From: Marinicellulosiphila megalodicopiae
Lineage (GTDB): Bacteria; Pseudomonadota; Gammaproteobacteria; Pseudomonadales; Natronospirillaceae
Direction of reading: 5' to 3'
NCBI RefSeq assembly: GCF_045862395.1
Contig: NZ_AP023087.1
Span: forward strand, 4,282,450-4,314,449
DNA length: 32,000 nucleotides
A model generated the notes under the pieces. That model had not been told where the DNA came from. It was given only the letters and a program-made list of their open reading frames with translations, and did no database searches. A program made the position numbers and the translations under genes. Of the stretch, positions 7,876-17,544 are shown piece after piece. The stretch's first letter is position 1, and each line of letters opens with the position of its first letter.

Positions 7876-7911
7876 AGCAGCTTTTTCAGCAGCTTTTTCA
7901 GCAGCTTGTTT
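7876..7911. repeat. 12-bp tandem repeat, 3 copies
   Basis: AGCAGCTTTTTC, AGCAGCTTTTTC and AGCAGCTTGTTT, just downstream of the SDR gene stop. Confidence 0.8.
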
Positions 7912-7941
7912 CTGCATTTAAGTCATTATTTTTTAATTAAA

Positions 7942-8679
7942 TTAAATATGAAATTCTTTAAAAGTTTGAGCCAATTTATTTGGATGCTCCTCTAATAAAG
8001 TAAACATTGCCTTTGCAAAATCATCAGGATAGATATCTAACTGGCCCTGATTTATGCCTTCAAATGTATTTATAGCCACACTTTGCCTTGTTGCTTTTGG
8101 CATTTGCTCACCAGGGGCTAAACGGGTATCTGTAGGTCCAGGATACACACAAACTGCTTTTATATTATCTCCAGCTAGTTCTATTCTTAATCCTTGTGTT
8201 AAAGACATCAACGCAGCTTTAGTCGCACTGTAAGGCCCTAATGATGGGAAGTTACTTAAGGCGGCAATGGACGCAATATTAATAATAAACGCTTGCTTAG
8301 ACTGTTTGAGCAGTGGTAAACATTGATGAATTATTTTAAGCGGCCCAAAATAATGGGTGTCCATTTCTAACTTAGCTATTTCAACTGCATTTGGGGCAGT
8401 ATTAAAACAACCATTTGCTATACCTGCATTATTAATTAGCACATCTAAAGATTCGATCTTTTGAGTTAGACTTTGGATATCGCTATCATCAAGCACATCT
8501 AATTTAATAGCTTTGATTATTTCTGGATTAAGTGCAACTACTTCCTCTAATGCATTTTTATCACGCCCGGCCGCATAAATTGTACTTGCCCCGTTTGCCA
8601 ATAATGCTTCTATAAACCCCAAACCTATCCCGCGATTTGCCCCAGTCACCAATACCGACTTACCTTTTAAATTAAACAT
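7942..8679 (-). CDS. Short-chain dehydrogenase/reductase (SDR) family oxidoreductase
   Basis: Cofactor motif TGANRGIG, the NNAG motif, and the catalytic YSATK (YxxxK). Confidence 0.9.
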   Translation of the reverse strand: MFNLKGKSVLVTGANRGIGLGFIEALLANGASTIYAAGRDKNALEEVVALNPEIIKAIKLDVLDDSDIQSLTQKIESLDVLINNAGIANGCFNTAPNAVEIAKLEMDTHYFGPLKIIHQCLPLLKQSKQAFIINIASIAALSNFPSLGPYSATKAALMSLTQGLRIELAGDNIKAVCVYPGPTDTRLAPGEQMPKATRQSVAINTFEGINQGQLDIYPDDFAKAMFTLLEEHPNKLAQTFKEFHI

Positions 8680-8711
8680 ATTTACCTCTTTTATCTATAT
8701 GTATTGCATTC

Positions 8712-8764
8712 GTTTATCAGTAATTTGATAAACAGCTTTCTCGATAAACAACTTTCTCGATAAA
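8712..8764. promoter_or_regulatory. Candidate LysR-type operator region in the divergent SDR/LysR intergenic space
   Basis: Inverted repeat GTTTATCA-gtaatt-TGATAAAC (8712-8733). It is followed by two direct copies of CTTTCTCGATAAA (8736-8748 and 8752-8764). Confidence 0.35.
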
Positions 8765-8859
8765 AAGCAGTTTTATTTATTCATGATCAATTGACAATAT
8801 AGCAAAATGGAATAACATTTATCCACCTTGCAAATAAATCAACCTTATAAGGCATTTAA

Positions 8860-9765
8860 ATGGATCAGAAGCAGTTATTCCCAATGATGAATGCATTTAT
8901 TGCAGTTGCTACGATTGGCAGTTTTTCTCAAGCAGCCAAGCAACTCGGTTCATCGCAACCTTCTATATCTCGATTAGTTAATGATTTAGAAGCACATTTA
9001 GGTGTGCGCTTATTGCAACGTAGCACCCGAAAGTTAAGCCTTACTGAAGCTGGTACTATTTATTTTGAAAAGGCCCATAAAATTCAACAGGATATTCTAG
9101 ATGCCCAGCAATCGGTCAACGCATTTAAACAAACCCCTTCGGGACTATTAAGAATAGGTGCACCATTGCATTGGATTGATTTAATGATTGCCCCCTATTT
9201 GGCCGAATTTTTACAGCGCTATACTCAAATCAAACTTGAAATCATTGCAACGGATCAGCATCAAGATATTGTACAAGACAGCCTTGACGTGGTTTTGCGT
9301 GTCGGCGATCCTAAACATTCAACCTATATTGCTGTTGCCATTAAACCTGTAAAGCTTACATTGTGCGCAAGTGCCAAATACCTTAATAGATTCGGCACAC
9401 CCAAGAGCATCACTGAGCTGACTCAACACAATTGCTTAATTTATAATAAGTTAAATGAATGGCAATCATTAACAAACAACCAATTAACTCAAATAAAAGC
9501 ACAGGGTAATTTAGATTCAAATTTAGTCACTGTTTTAATTTCATCTGCGATACAGGGTATGGGAGTCACGCTATTGCCAAACCTACTTTTAAAATCATAT
9601 TTTGATTCAAATGAATTAATTGAAGTACTTCCAAATGAAAATTGGTCAATTAAACACGCAACGGTAGAAAACGTTTACGCTTTATATTCCGATCGAAATC
9701 ACCTTGCGGCCAAAACCCGTGCATTTATTGATTTTTTTAAACAAAAAATTCAAGATGATTTTTAG
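8860..9765 (+). CDS. LysR family transcriptional regulator
   Basis: N-terminal HTH (FSQAAKQLGSSQPSISRLVNDLEAHLGVRLLQRSTRKLSLTEAG), about 300 aa, divergent from the SDR gene. Confidence 0.9.
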   Translation: MDQKQLFPMMNAFIAVATIGSFSQAAKQLGSSQPSISRLVNDLEAHLGVRLLQRSTRKLSLTEAGTIYFEKAHKIQQDILDAQQSVNAFKQTPSGLLRIGAPLHWIDLMIAPYLAEFLQRYTQIKLEIIATDQHQDIVQDSLDVVLRVGDPKHSTYIAVAIKPVKLTLCASAKYLNRFGTPKSITELTQHNCLIYNKLNEWQSLTNNQLTQIKAQGNLDSNLVTVLISSAIQGMGVTLLPNLLLKSYFDSNELIEVLPNENWSIKHATVENVYALYSDRNHLAAKTRAFIDFFKQKIQDDF

Positions 9766-9839
9766 AAAAACTCTATTAACCAATCTTTAAATTACTGTTA
9801 CACTCAGTGTTTATAGGGTAATTACAATAAAAATTATAA

Positions 9840-10922
9840 ATGGGAATCACTATGTTTAATATCACTAAAAACAAGCAGCCTCACTTGCTCAACCAATATA
9901 AAACGCATCTTAGTGCATTACTAGATCGTACACTACTTCGAACAGACTTAAGTGACACGCAAAAAGAATTATTAATAGAGTTATGCAAAACATTAGACAA
10001 CGCAAATAACTGGCAAGTCGCTTACGATATTGAACTGCAAATAATCGAACATTTAGATGAAGATGAACTCCAAGCTTGTTGGTCTAGAAAACTGGCTGAC
10101 AAAGAAGATTTAACAGAATCATTGCAAAAATTTTATAAAACGCAAAGTGAATTGAAATTAGAAGGATCGAAGCTTAAATCCATGCTTGCTAAATTAGTTT
10201 GCGATTTGCAGTGGCGCTTTGAGGTAATTAGAGTGCGCTCTAATTTTGCAGCAAGAACTCGTTTTTTAATTGCCTGTATGTTTTTACTGTCCTTTTTTAT
10301 TTTCTTCACTCCAACATTAACAAACACATTTTTAAATATAGAATTATTTAAAGATAACTTACGTTTGTATTATTTATTTACAGCGGCAAGTGCTGGATTA
10401 TTAGGCGCCTCTTTTTCACAGCTCACATCAATGCGGACCAATTTATCACATGCCACAATCGAACAAATTCGAACCATGAGCCATTTTAGTTATGTGGTAG
10501 CAAGGGGGGTAATTGGTGCAGGGGCAGGATTAATTATGTTTTACATTATTCAATCTGGTTTATTTGATTCAGTAATTTTCCCCAAATTTATTGTAGACCA
10601 AAGTCAACTATTAGATATTTTACAAACTCAACAGGCCGAGCAAACTCGCTTTACTGAAGCTGGTGGAAAATTACCTATGGTGGCGCACGACGTGATGAAT
10701 GCTAAAACAAAAATGTTGGAAAGTTCGAAAACCGTTCAAGTAATGGCAACAGCTCACAGCAATGAGAACCTTTTGCAAGTAGGCAGTTTGCAAAAACCGT
10801 CTCAAGGTATTTCTCTTTTAATAGTTTGGTGTATTGTTGCCGGTTTCTCTGAAAAATTAATTCCTGGTTTATTAAACAATGCAGAAAAAAAAGCATTAGC
10901 AGAATCGGAAAAAGCTAATTAA
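9840..10922 (+). CDS. Hypothetical membrane protein (soluble N-terminal domain followed by several TM segments)
   Basis: 360-aa ORF with hydrophobic stretches (FLIACMFLLSFFIFFTP, GVIGAGAGLIMFYIIQSGL, LLIVWCIVAGF). The start is uncertain: ATG 9840 or ATG 9852. Confidence 0.6.
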   Translation: MGITMFNITKNKQPHLLNQYKTHLSALLDRTLLRTDLSDTQKELLIELCKTLDNANNWQVAYDIELQIIEHLDEDELQACWSRKLADKEDLTESLQKFYKTQSELKLEGSKLKSMLAKLVCDLQWRFEVIRVRSNFAARTRFLIACMFLLSFFIFFTPTLTNTFLNIELFKDNLRLYYLFTAASAGLLGASFSQLTSMRTNLSHATIEQIRTMSHFSYVVARGVIGAGAGLIMFYIIQSGLFDSVIFPKFIVDQSQLLDILQTQQAEQTRFTEAGGKLPMVAHDVMNAKTKMLESSKTVQVMATAHSNENLLQVGSLQKPSQGISLLIVWCIVAGFSEKLIPGLLNNAEKKALAESEKAN

Positions 10923-10990
10923 TATTCAACTATCAAATATTTAAGAACCAAAAATTAAATAACCAAAAATTAAAGAACCGAAAATTAAAA

Positions 10991-11020
10991 AGCCCAAACT
11001 TTAAAAGTCTGGGCTTTTTT
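10991..11020. terminator. Bidirectional rho-independent terminator between convergent genes
   Basis: Stem AGCCCAAAC / GTCTGGGCT with one mismatch and loop TTTAAAA, followed by T6. An A/T-rich run precedes it, serving the opposite strand. Confidence 0.6.
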
Positions 11021-11024
11021 GGGT

Positions 11025-11600
11025 TTATGGCCAATTACGAATAATAATTTCCTCTATTATTAAATTGGCTGATTGTTGTTTATATGTAGCCCTAATTTTA
11101 TCTTTAAGTTTATGTTTTGCTTGCAGATAGTATAATGAGTCTGCTTGTAATAATTGTTTTTGTAATTCATCCAACTGGTTATTCACGCTTTTTTTAGCCT
11201 CATCAAACATTCTTGCGTTTCGTTCATCGTTGGTTGCATCTAATTGTTTTTGTTCAATTAAGGTTGCCTCATGTTTGGTTAGCATTATCTCAGGTGCGTC
11301 CAAATAAATTGTATTGTTTTTATATTCGCTATTAAAATTCCAATCTTTTGCATCAACTGACATTTCAAACTCTAAACTCCATTTGTATTGAACAATGCCT
11401 TTTCCAAGGCCCAGCCCTTTAGTATCTTTAATCGTGTCATTAAATAAAATATCAAATTCAATCAGGTTAAGCGTTTGAATTTGATTAATAGTGTTTGGAT
11501 CAAAATATTTTGAACTGACTTGTTTGGGAATATTTGCACCGATGATCATGCCGATTTCAATAATTAAAATTAAAAATACAACTTTCAAAAAATTATTCAT
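11025..11600 (-). CDS. Hypothetical protein with an N-terminal membrane anchor
   Basis: 191-aa ORF with an N-terminal TM segment (VVFLILIIEIGMIIGA). It overlaps the upstream gene by 8 nt, so the two form an operon. Confidence 0.55.
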   Translation of the reverse strand: MNNFLKVVFLILIIEIGMIIGANIPKQVSSKYFDPNTINQIQTLNLIEFDILFNDTIKDTKGLGLGKGIVQYKWSLEFEMSVDAKDWNFNSEYKNNTIYLDAPEIMLTKHEATLIEQKQLDATNDERNARMFDEAKKSVNNQLDELQKQLLQADSLYYLQAKHKLKDKIRATYKQQSANLIIEEIIIRNWP

Positions 11601-12240
11601 GATCGTGATCCTTTGCTTCTAAACCTTGCTCTGTATCTTGAAGGCTTTGCTCATCTTTAGTGAATCGTTTTACTACAAAATACACAATGGTCGATACAAT
11701 CATTACCGCCACAACATACGAAGTTAATATTTCAAATGCAGACACTGTAAAATTCAAACCTTTTGAAGCACCTAATAAAACAGGAAAACCCCAAGACACT
11801 AATGACACAGACCCAATTAATGTCATGATTATTTTTTGCTTATGGGTAATTGAATAGAATAATGTTTTCCCTTCATTATTATTTAATATCGGCAAAATAA
11901 ATCGATGCAATAAATAGCCATTAAATGACAACACAACCACAATGCTCACCTTTGACCACACTTTTGGATTTAGGACATTTTCAGGTTCAAAAATAGAATA
12001 ATGAATGATAAACCCAAGACCCGTTACCCATAAGATACACAAACCAATCGTGACTAGATTTGTTAAAAAATGCACCAATTTTAATTTTTCACTGCTTATC
12101 GGTTCAAATTGCAAAAATCGGATAATGATTAAATCGGATATCCAAGCACCACCCGCTCCAAAAGCCAGCCCAATAAAATGAAAAATAATTAATAATGTTT
12201 TGATATCTAATGCTTCGAAAATATTCACTGTATTAACCAC
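11593..12240 (-). CDS. Hypothetical polytopic membrane protein
   Basis: 215-aa ORF with at least 5 hydrophobic helices and an acidic, His-rich C-terminal tail (EAKDHDHE). Confidence 0.6.
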   Translation of the reverse strand: MVNTVNIFEALDIKTLLIIFHFIGLAFGAGGAWISDLIIIRFLQFEPISSEKLKLVHFLTNLVTIGLCILWVTGLGFIIHYSIFEPENVLNPKVWSKVSIVVVLSFNGYLLHRFILPILNNNEGKTLFYSITHKQKIIMTLIGSVSLVSWGFPVLLGASKGLNFTVSAFEILTSYVVAVMIVSTIVYFVVKRFTKDEQSLQDTEQGLEAKDHDHE

Positions 12241-12355
12241 TGTTAAACGATAATAATCTCAATACTACGCAATCACTTAAAAATTACCAGAGCAAGTTTG
12301 TTGCTATTTTATTGAATTTTGACGAGTTTCAAATTGACATCATTCTTTCAGGCAT

Positions 12356-12387
12356 AAAAAAACGGATTAAGATCACTCTTAACCCGT
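12356..12387 (-). terminator. Rho-independent terminator downstream of the di-heme/P450 cluster
   Basis: On the minus strand: ACGGGTTAAGA-gtga-TCTTAATCCGT (11-bp stem, one mismatch) followed by T7. Confidence 0.55.
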
Positions 12388-12466
12388 CATTTAAAAATAA
12401 AATCCTTTTATTGCTTTCTCACCTTAAAGAAACTGTTTGACTCATTAAATAAATCAGGCGCTTATT

Positions 12467-14302
12467 CTACAACGTTTTTAGATACTCAAGCAATGCCCAA
12501 ACACTTTGTTTATCATCACTCCAATCTAATTTATAAGTTTTACCATCTAAAGTAATGTCTTTATCATGTCCTGCATTACTAATTGATGGAGAACTTTGGG
12601 TATCAAATACATACCCTTCTTGTTCATCCCAATTATCCAATTCCCACTTAAACCCTACTAATTGAGTGTCGAAATCTAATTGGCTTTTTACAAATACATC
12701 AGGACGCTCATTTGGCACTAGCATATGATAAAGCGTAGGCACTGAACCATTATGCAAATAAGGCGCTTGCGCCCAAAGCCCAGGAAACGGCAATGCGTTA
12801 TATCCATTTTGCACTCTTGGTGGCAACATGACCTGTTTACTTTGCCCAACTAACGAAACCCCTTTATATTCTGCACAAGGCTGAACTTGCTTTCCTTCCA
12901 TTTCAATGGTGGTAGTTGGAGAACAATTTGCGTCACCTGCAAAACTTGCTTGCGCGCCGACTGTAATCACAGTGCCTGCCACTTTTGCACGCCCCATATC
13001 AGTTCCCATAATCGAATATACACGACCATTATTTGGTTGATGACAATCCGCACAGTTATCTTTGAATAATTGCTGTCCTGTTTTTGCTAGATCCACATCA
13101 ACGTCAAATGGATAAATAGCAGGTGGTAGTTTTTGCAATACTTTTTCAGCATGGGCTGAAACACTGATATCAATATTATCAAATCCTAGTGTAATTTGAG
13201 CAGCAATGTTTTTATACATTGGTAACGGGATATGACCATTCCATTGACCGCCACCATTTATTAATCGTGTTTCATCTTCATTCCAAACTGGATCGTGAGA
13301 GTCTTGATCCCATACAACCATTATGTCTGTCACACCATGACTGGCTGGCATAACTAATGGTGCAATTAACTTAGTTGTCATCTTTTCATCAAAGGTTTGA
13401 AATGCTGTGGCCGCATTAAACCCAATGGCATCTTCCATGCCGGCGAATCCAGAATTAATTCTATCTTTAATATTTGGATACAGTTTTTCGGTTAATGTCA
13501 CCCAACTTGCATACACGTTTTCTTGGTGTGTCACAAATTCAGCGATAATATCTGTCGCATCATTTTTAAATAATTGAATTTGAGCTGCCTCATAATTTGC
13601 ATCAAATACTCTTCCGTCGTATTGATAATTATTGTAAAAATAATTTGGATCTTGAGCCTCTACTTTATCTAGCGCGGTTAAAAATGCATCCACTACTAAT
13701 TGTTTTTTGGCAGACTCGTCAGTTTCATTGCCATAAATTTTATTTAAAGATTGGACAATACGCTCCCGATAACCAATCACGTTAAATTCAGAATTGATAC
13801 CGCCATCTAAATATTCAAACTCACCACTTGGTAATCTAACTCGACCAATATGACACCCTCCACAGGTAAACGAGGCGTAATCAATATCTGCAGTTAAATC
13901 TTTTCTCACTAAACCAGTAAAGCCAATTCCACGTGGAAATGGATACCCTACTAAGCGCTCATCATGAAACAATCCCATAACCGATAAAAAATTATCTTCA
14001 TCACCCCAATATTCAGGTGCAACTTCAGGCAATAATTTTAAGACAATCAAGGGAATACCATTGGTTTCGCTCACTGGAAAGTTTGCAAAATGATCATAGT
14101 TTACTTGGAATGTATCAATATGATCGGCAATATCCGCACGACGCTTTGCTTGAGCAAGCACCCAATCTTTAGGTACTGGTTTTACATAAGTGGATTTAGG
14201 TGCTTCTAACCGACTATCAAATAAACCACTTACTTTACCGTAAGCGAGTAATCCAATAATAGGCAATACAACAGCCGAAATTTTAAACAGAGGGTGATTC
14301 AT
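12467..14302 (-). CDS. Di-heme cytochrome c peroxidase-like protein (large form, membrane-anchored or exported)
   Basis: Two CxxCH heme c motifs (FTCGGCHIGRV and NCADCHQP). The CCP/MauG-like distal motif is WAQAPYLHNGSVPTLYHML. It has an N-terminal hydrophobic anchor and ends EYLKTL. Confidence 0.8.
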   Translation of the reverse strand: MNHPLFKISAVVLPIIGLLAYGKVSGLFDSRLEAPKSTYVKPVPKDWVLAQAKRRADIADHIDTFQVNYDHFANFPVSETNGIPLIVLKLLPEVAPEYWGDEDNFLSVMGLFHDERLVGYPFPRGIGFTGLVRKDLTADIDYASFTCGGCHIGRVRLPSGEFEYLDGGINSEFNVIGYRERIVQSLNKIYGNETDESAKKQLVVDAFLTALDKVEAQDPNYFYNNYQYDGRVFDANYEAAQIQLFKNDATDIIAEFVTHQENVYASWVTLTEKLYPNIKDRINSGFAGMEDAIGFNAATAFQTFDEKMTTKLIAPLVMPASHGVTDIMVVWDQDSHDPVWNEDETRLINGGGQWNGHIPLPMYKNIAAQITLGFDNIDISVSAHAEKVLQKLPPAIYPFDVDVDLAKTGQQLFKDNCADCHQPNNGRVYSIMGTDMGRAKVAGTVITVGAQASFAGDANCSPTTTIEMEGKQVQPCAEYKGVSLVGQSKQVMLPPRVQNGYNALPFPGLWAQAPYLHNGSVPTLYHMLVPNERPDVFVKSQLDFDTQLVGFKWELDNWDEQEGYVFDTQSSPSISNAGHDKDITLDGKTYKLDWSDDKQSVWALLEYLKTL

Positions 14303-14312
14303 AATTTATACC

Positions 14313-16136
14313 TTAAAGTGTTTTTAAATATTCAATAATAGCCATTGCACCTGGCTTATCATCGGACCAATTTAATTTGTATTCAATACCATTTTCATTC
14401 ACATCTTGGTCGTGACCTTTATTTGAAAATGTTTCAAAACTTTTTGTATCAAAAACATAACTATGCTCTGCTGATACGGTTTGATGATTGTCTTGTACCC
14501 ACTGATAGCCTAAATATGTTTGATCATAGGTTAACTGACTTTTGATAAACGTAGTTGGTCGCTCATTAGGCACTAATAAATGATAAATAGTTGGCACCGA
14601 TCCGTTATGTAAATATGGAGCTTGAGCCCAAATTCCACTTAATGGTCTTGCGTTATAACCATGATGTTGATTATTAGGTGACATAATTAAATCTTCTTTT
14701 CCTTCTAAAGACACGCCACCAAATTGCGCACAGGGTTTCACTTGTTCACCATATAACTCAACCTTTGTTTGAGTAGAACATTCTTTAAAAAAACCACTGA
14801 TGCCGCCTTTTCTAATTAATGTATTTACAACATAACTACGGTCAAGATTCACACCAAGGTTACTATAAACCTTACCGTTAAATGGTTGATGACATTGCGC
14901 ACAGTTGTCTGCAAATAATGCTTCGCCTTTTTTAGCAAGTTCAACATTCACATCAAATGGATACACAGACGCAGGAAGTTTATCCAATAATTCGACAGAA
15001 AATGCAGACACTCTTAAATCATTATCATCTAAGCCAATTGTTAACTGTGCCGCCATATTACGATACATAGGAATAGGGATATTACCATTGTATTGCCCGC
15101 CACCATTAATTAACGTTTGATGAGAATTATCCCAATGCGCTTTTCTTTCATCTTGGCGCCATACAGTCATAAAATCCGTTATACCTGGAGAGCTCGGTAA
15201 AATGTGTTTGGAAAATAATTTTCCAAAAAAAGTCGAATGGGCATCATTATATGAATTAACTGTAAATATTCCGGTTGCATCTGCCATGCCGGGAAACCCT
15301 TCTAAAGAACGTGTCTGGAATCCCTTGTAATTTTTATCTAGTAACGCAGCATAACCGGTATAATCTTGCGTGGTAGTTTTATAAAAATCACCAATTAACG
15401 ATCCAGATTTCTCAATAAAAAGTTTAATTTGATTTTTTTCATATGCCAAATCAAAGTTAACTACATCATTTTTATATTCATTATAAAAGTAACTATCACT
15501 TACGGATATTGCTTTTTCAAGTGCTGTTAAAAATGCATTTTCTAGTAATTGTTGCTGTTTAATCGGATCAGATTCATCTCCTATTATTTTTTGAAGGGTT
15601 TGATAAGTTTTCACTCGATAAGCAACAATATTAAATTCAGTATTCACGCCGCCATCAATATAATGAATTTTATTATTTTGATCTATCACGCGCCCAATAT
15701 GACAAGCGCCACAAGTAAAGGATGTATAATCTATTTTGCCCATAGGCTCAATTCTAGCTAAGCCACTTATTCCTATACCACGAGCTATTGGATAATTTTC
15801 CTGCCTTGTATCTTTAAATAACCCTACGACATCTAAAAAGTTTTCTTCACTGCCCCATAATTCTGGTGCAATAATAGGTAATAATTTTAAAATAATGAAA
15901 GGTGTTCCATCTGTTTGGCTAAAAGCATAATCGGCAAACCAATCAAATGCTTCTTGATTATCTGCAATATATGATTCTTTTTGCTGTATTTTTTGTTGCT
16001 GAAATTCAGACCAATTTTGTGTAACAGGTATTACAAATGGTTTACCTGTTGGGGATGCTAATTGTTTTGTGGGAATTGCTTTATATATTGTGATGCCTAC
16101 CAATAAAAACATGGCAATTAATAATATTTTTTTCAT
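14313..16136 (-). CDS. Di-heme cytochrome c peroxidase-like protein, tandem paralog of 12467..14302
   Basis: FTCGACHIGRV, NCAQCHQP and WAQAPYLHNGSVPTIYHLL. It is collinear with the 611-aa neighbour along its whole length and ends EYLKTL. The gap to the next gene is 10 nt. Confidence 0.8.
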   Translation of the reverse strand: MKKILLIAMFLLVGITIYKAIPTKQLASPTGKPFVIPVTQNWSEFQQQKIQQKESYIADNQEAFDWFADYAFSQTDGTPFIILKLLPIIAPELWGSEENFLDVVGLFKDTRQENYPIARGIGISGLARIEPMGKIDYTSFTCGACHIGRVIDQNNKIHYIDGGVNTEFNIVAYRVKTYQTLQKIIGDESDPIKQQQLLENAFLTALEKAISVSDSYFYNEYKNDVVNFDLAYEKNQIKLFIEKSGSLIGDFYKTTTQDYTGYAALLDKNYKGFQTRSLEGFPGMADATGIFTVNSYNDAHSTFFGKLFSKHILPSSPGITDFMTVWRQDERKAHWDNSHQTLINGGGQYNGNIPIPMYRNMAAQLTIGLDDNDLRVSAFSVELLDKLPASVYPFDVNVELAKKGEALFADNCAQCHQPFNGKVYSNLGVNLDRSYVVNTLIRKGGISGFFKECSTQTKVELYGEQVKPCAQFGGVSLEGKEDLIMSPNNQHHGYNARPLSGIWAQAPYLHNGSVPTIYHLLVPNERPTTFIKSQLTYDQTYLGYQWVQDNHQTVSAEHSYVFDTKSFETFSNKGHDQDVNENGIEYKLNWSDDKPGAMAIIEYLKTL

Positions 16137-16164
16137 TTTATTTTTCTTATCGTTATTATTAAAT

Positions 16165-16190
16165 AAAAAAGCCTCTCATAAGAAAGGCTT
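16165..16190 (-). terminator. Hairpin plus T-run between the P450 gene and the downstream di-heme genes (possible internal terminator or attenuator)
   Basis: On the minus strand: AAGCCT-ttcttatgag-AGGCTT followed by TTTTAT. The stem is only 6 bp. Confidence 0.4.
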
Positions 16191-16202
16191 AATAGGGTTA
16201 TC

Positions 16203-17534
16203 CTATTTCCATTTTAATTTGTAATCTTCTGGGAAAGGCCCATCTTTATAATCCATCTCAGATGCAGATTGAATATCTTTTCGCATTAAAACCTGCTTTA
16301 CCATTTCAGGAATCATTGCCATTCCTATGTATTTACCCACACAGTCGTGAGATGCAAATCCATAGTTAAAATTATGATACCAATTACGATTTGCATTAAA
16401 TTCTTCAGGATTTTCATAAGAATAATCATCAAACATTGCAGACTGAGTTAACGTTAAAACATTGGTTCCTGATGGAATTTTTGTTTCACGATCCGTGCCT
16501 TTTGCTATGGTGTAATCCATTGATGTTTGACGAAATAGATATGGGCTAATCGGTACAAATCGTAAAGCCTCCCAGACCATCGCATCAATTTTATCTGTAT
16601 TAGAATCAAGAGATGCCGCTTTGGCTTGTTCAAATAATTCAGGACGTTCAATAAAAAAGTTAATCACTTGCGCAACGGCTTGTGAGGTAGTTTCTACGGC
16701 ACCAATTAATAAGCCACCAGCGTTTGTACCAATACGCGTTAATGGAAAATCAACTTGAGGAGCGAATGAGCTACGCAACATACGTTTTACAATATCATCT
16801 TTAAATTCATATGCTGGCTTTTTAGCGATGGCTCTAAATATATTTAAAACTTGTACAGCACGACCCAATAACCGATCTTTGATTTGTACCGTTAGAATTT
16901 TACGAATCATTAACACAGTAACATAATCGACTAATTCTTTAGAACACTGTGCATGAATGTCTACAATTTCATCAAATCGCTCTTTAGAATTTAAGTCAAA
17001 TGGCTGATTATGGAATGTATTATATTGATTCCAATATGACCATTTTAATAATTTTTTACGACTAATTCCGTCCAAACCAAAATATTCTTGAACTAATATC
17101 GCAGGAACCATACGACAATATTCATTTACAATTTCAATTTCTCCGTCGGCATCATCCAAAATTTTCTTAGATGAATCACGAATTAATTTTCTAATTCTTG
17201 GAATATCTTCGCGATTTAACATACCTTGCATAATTGATTTTTCACGATAATGTAGCGCATCATCATCGTGTGCCATTAAATATCCAGGTTCAGTATCAGT
17301 GACACCCATCTTTGGTTTATATAACGCGTTGGTAAAAATCGTCGGCATTTGTAATGCATCACGAACATCTGTAAATAATGCAAGTAACGTACATTCAGGC
17401 GTCACCAATACTGGACGTTCCTCTCGTAACTGTTTAAAAAATGGAAGCGGTTCATCATGCATCCATTTTTTCACTAATGGAAATTTGTCCGCATCAGCAG
17501 CGGCATCAAATAACTCAAGATAATTTGTAGTCAT
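16203..17534 (-). CDS. Cytochrome P450
   Basis: Heme-thiolate signature FGFASHDCVGKYIG (FxxGxxxCxG), I-helix AGGLLIGAVETTSQ, and K-helix EALRF (ExxR). There is no signal peptide. Its start lies 10 nt after the upstream stop. Confidence 0.9.
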   Translation of the reverse strand: MTTNYLELFDAAADADKFPLVKKWMHDEPLPFFKQLREERPVLVTPECTLLALFTDVRDALQMPTIFTNALYKPKMGVTDTEPGYLMAHDDDALHYREKSIMQGMLNREDIPRIRKLIRDSSKKILDDADGEIEIVNEYCRMVPAILVQEYFGLDGISRKKLLKWSYWNQYNTFHNQPFDLNSKERFDEIVDIHAQCSKELVDYVTVLMIRKILTVQIKDRLLGRAVQVLNIFRAIAKKPAYEFKDDIVKRMLRSSFAPQVDFPLTRIGTNAGGLLIGAVETTSQAVAQVINFFIERPELFEQAKAASLDSNTDKIDAMVWEALRFVPISPYLFRQTSMDYTIAKGTDRETKIPSGTNVLTLTQSAMFDDYSYENPEEFNANRNWYHNFNYGFASHDCVGKYIGMAMIPEMVKQVLMRKDIQSASEMDYKDGPFPEDYKLKWK

Positions 17535-17544
17535 GATTCACCCC

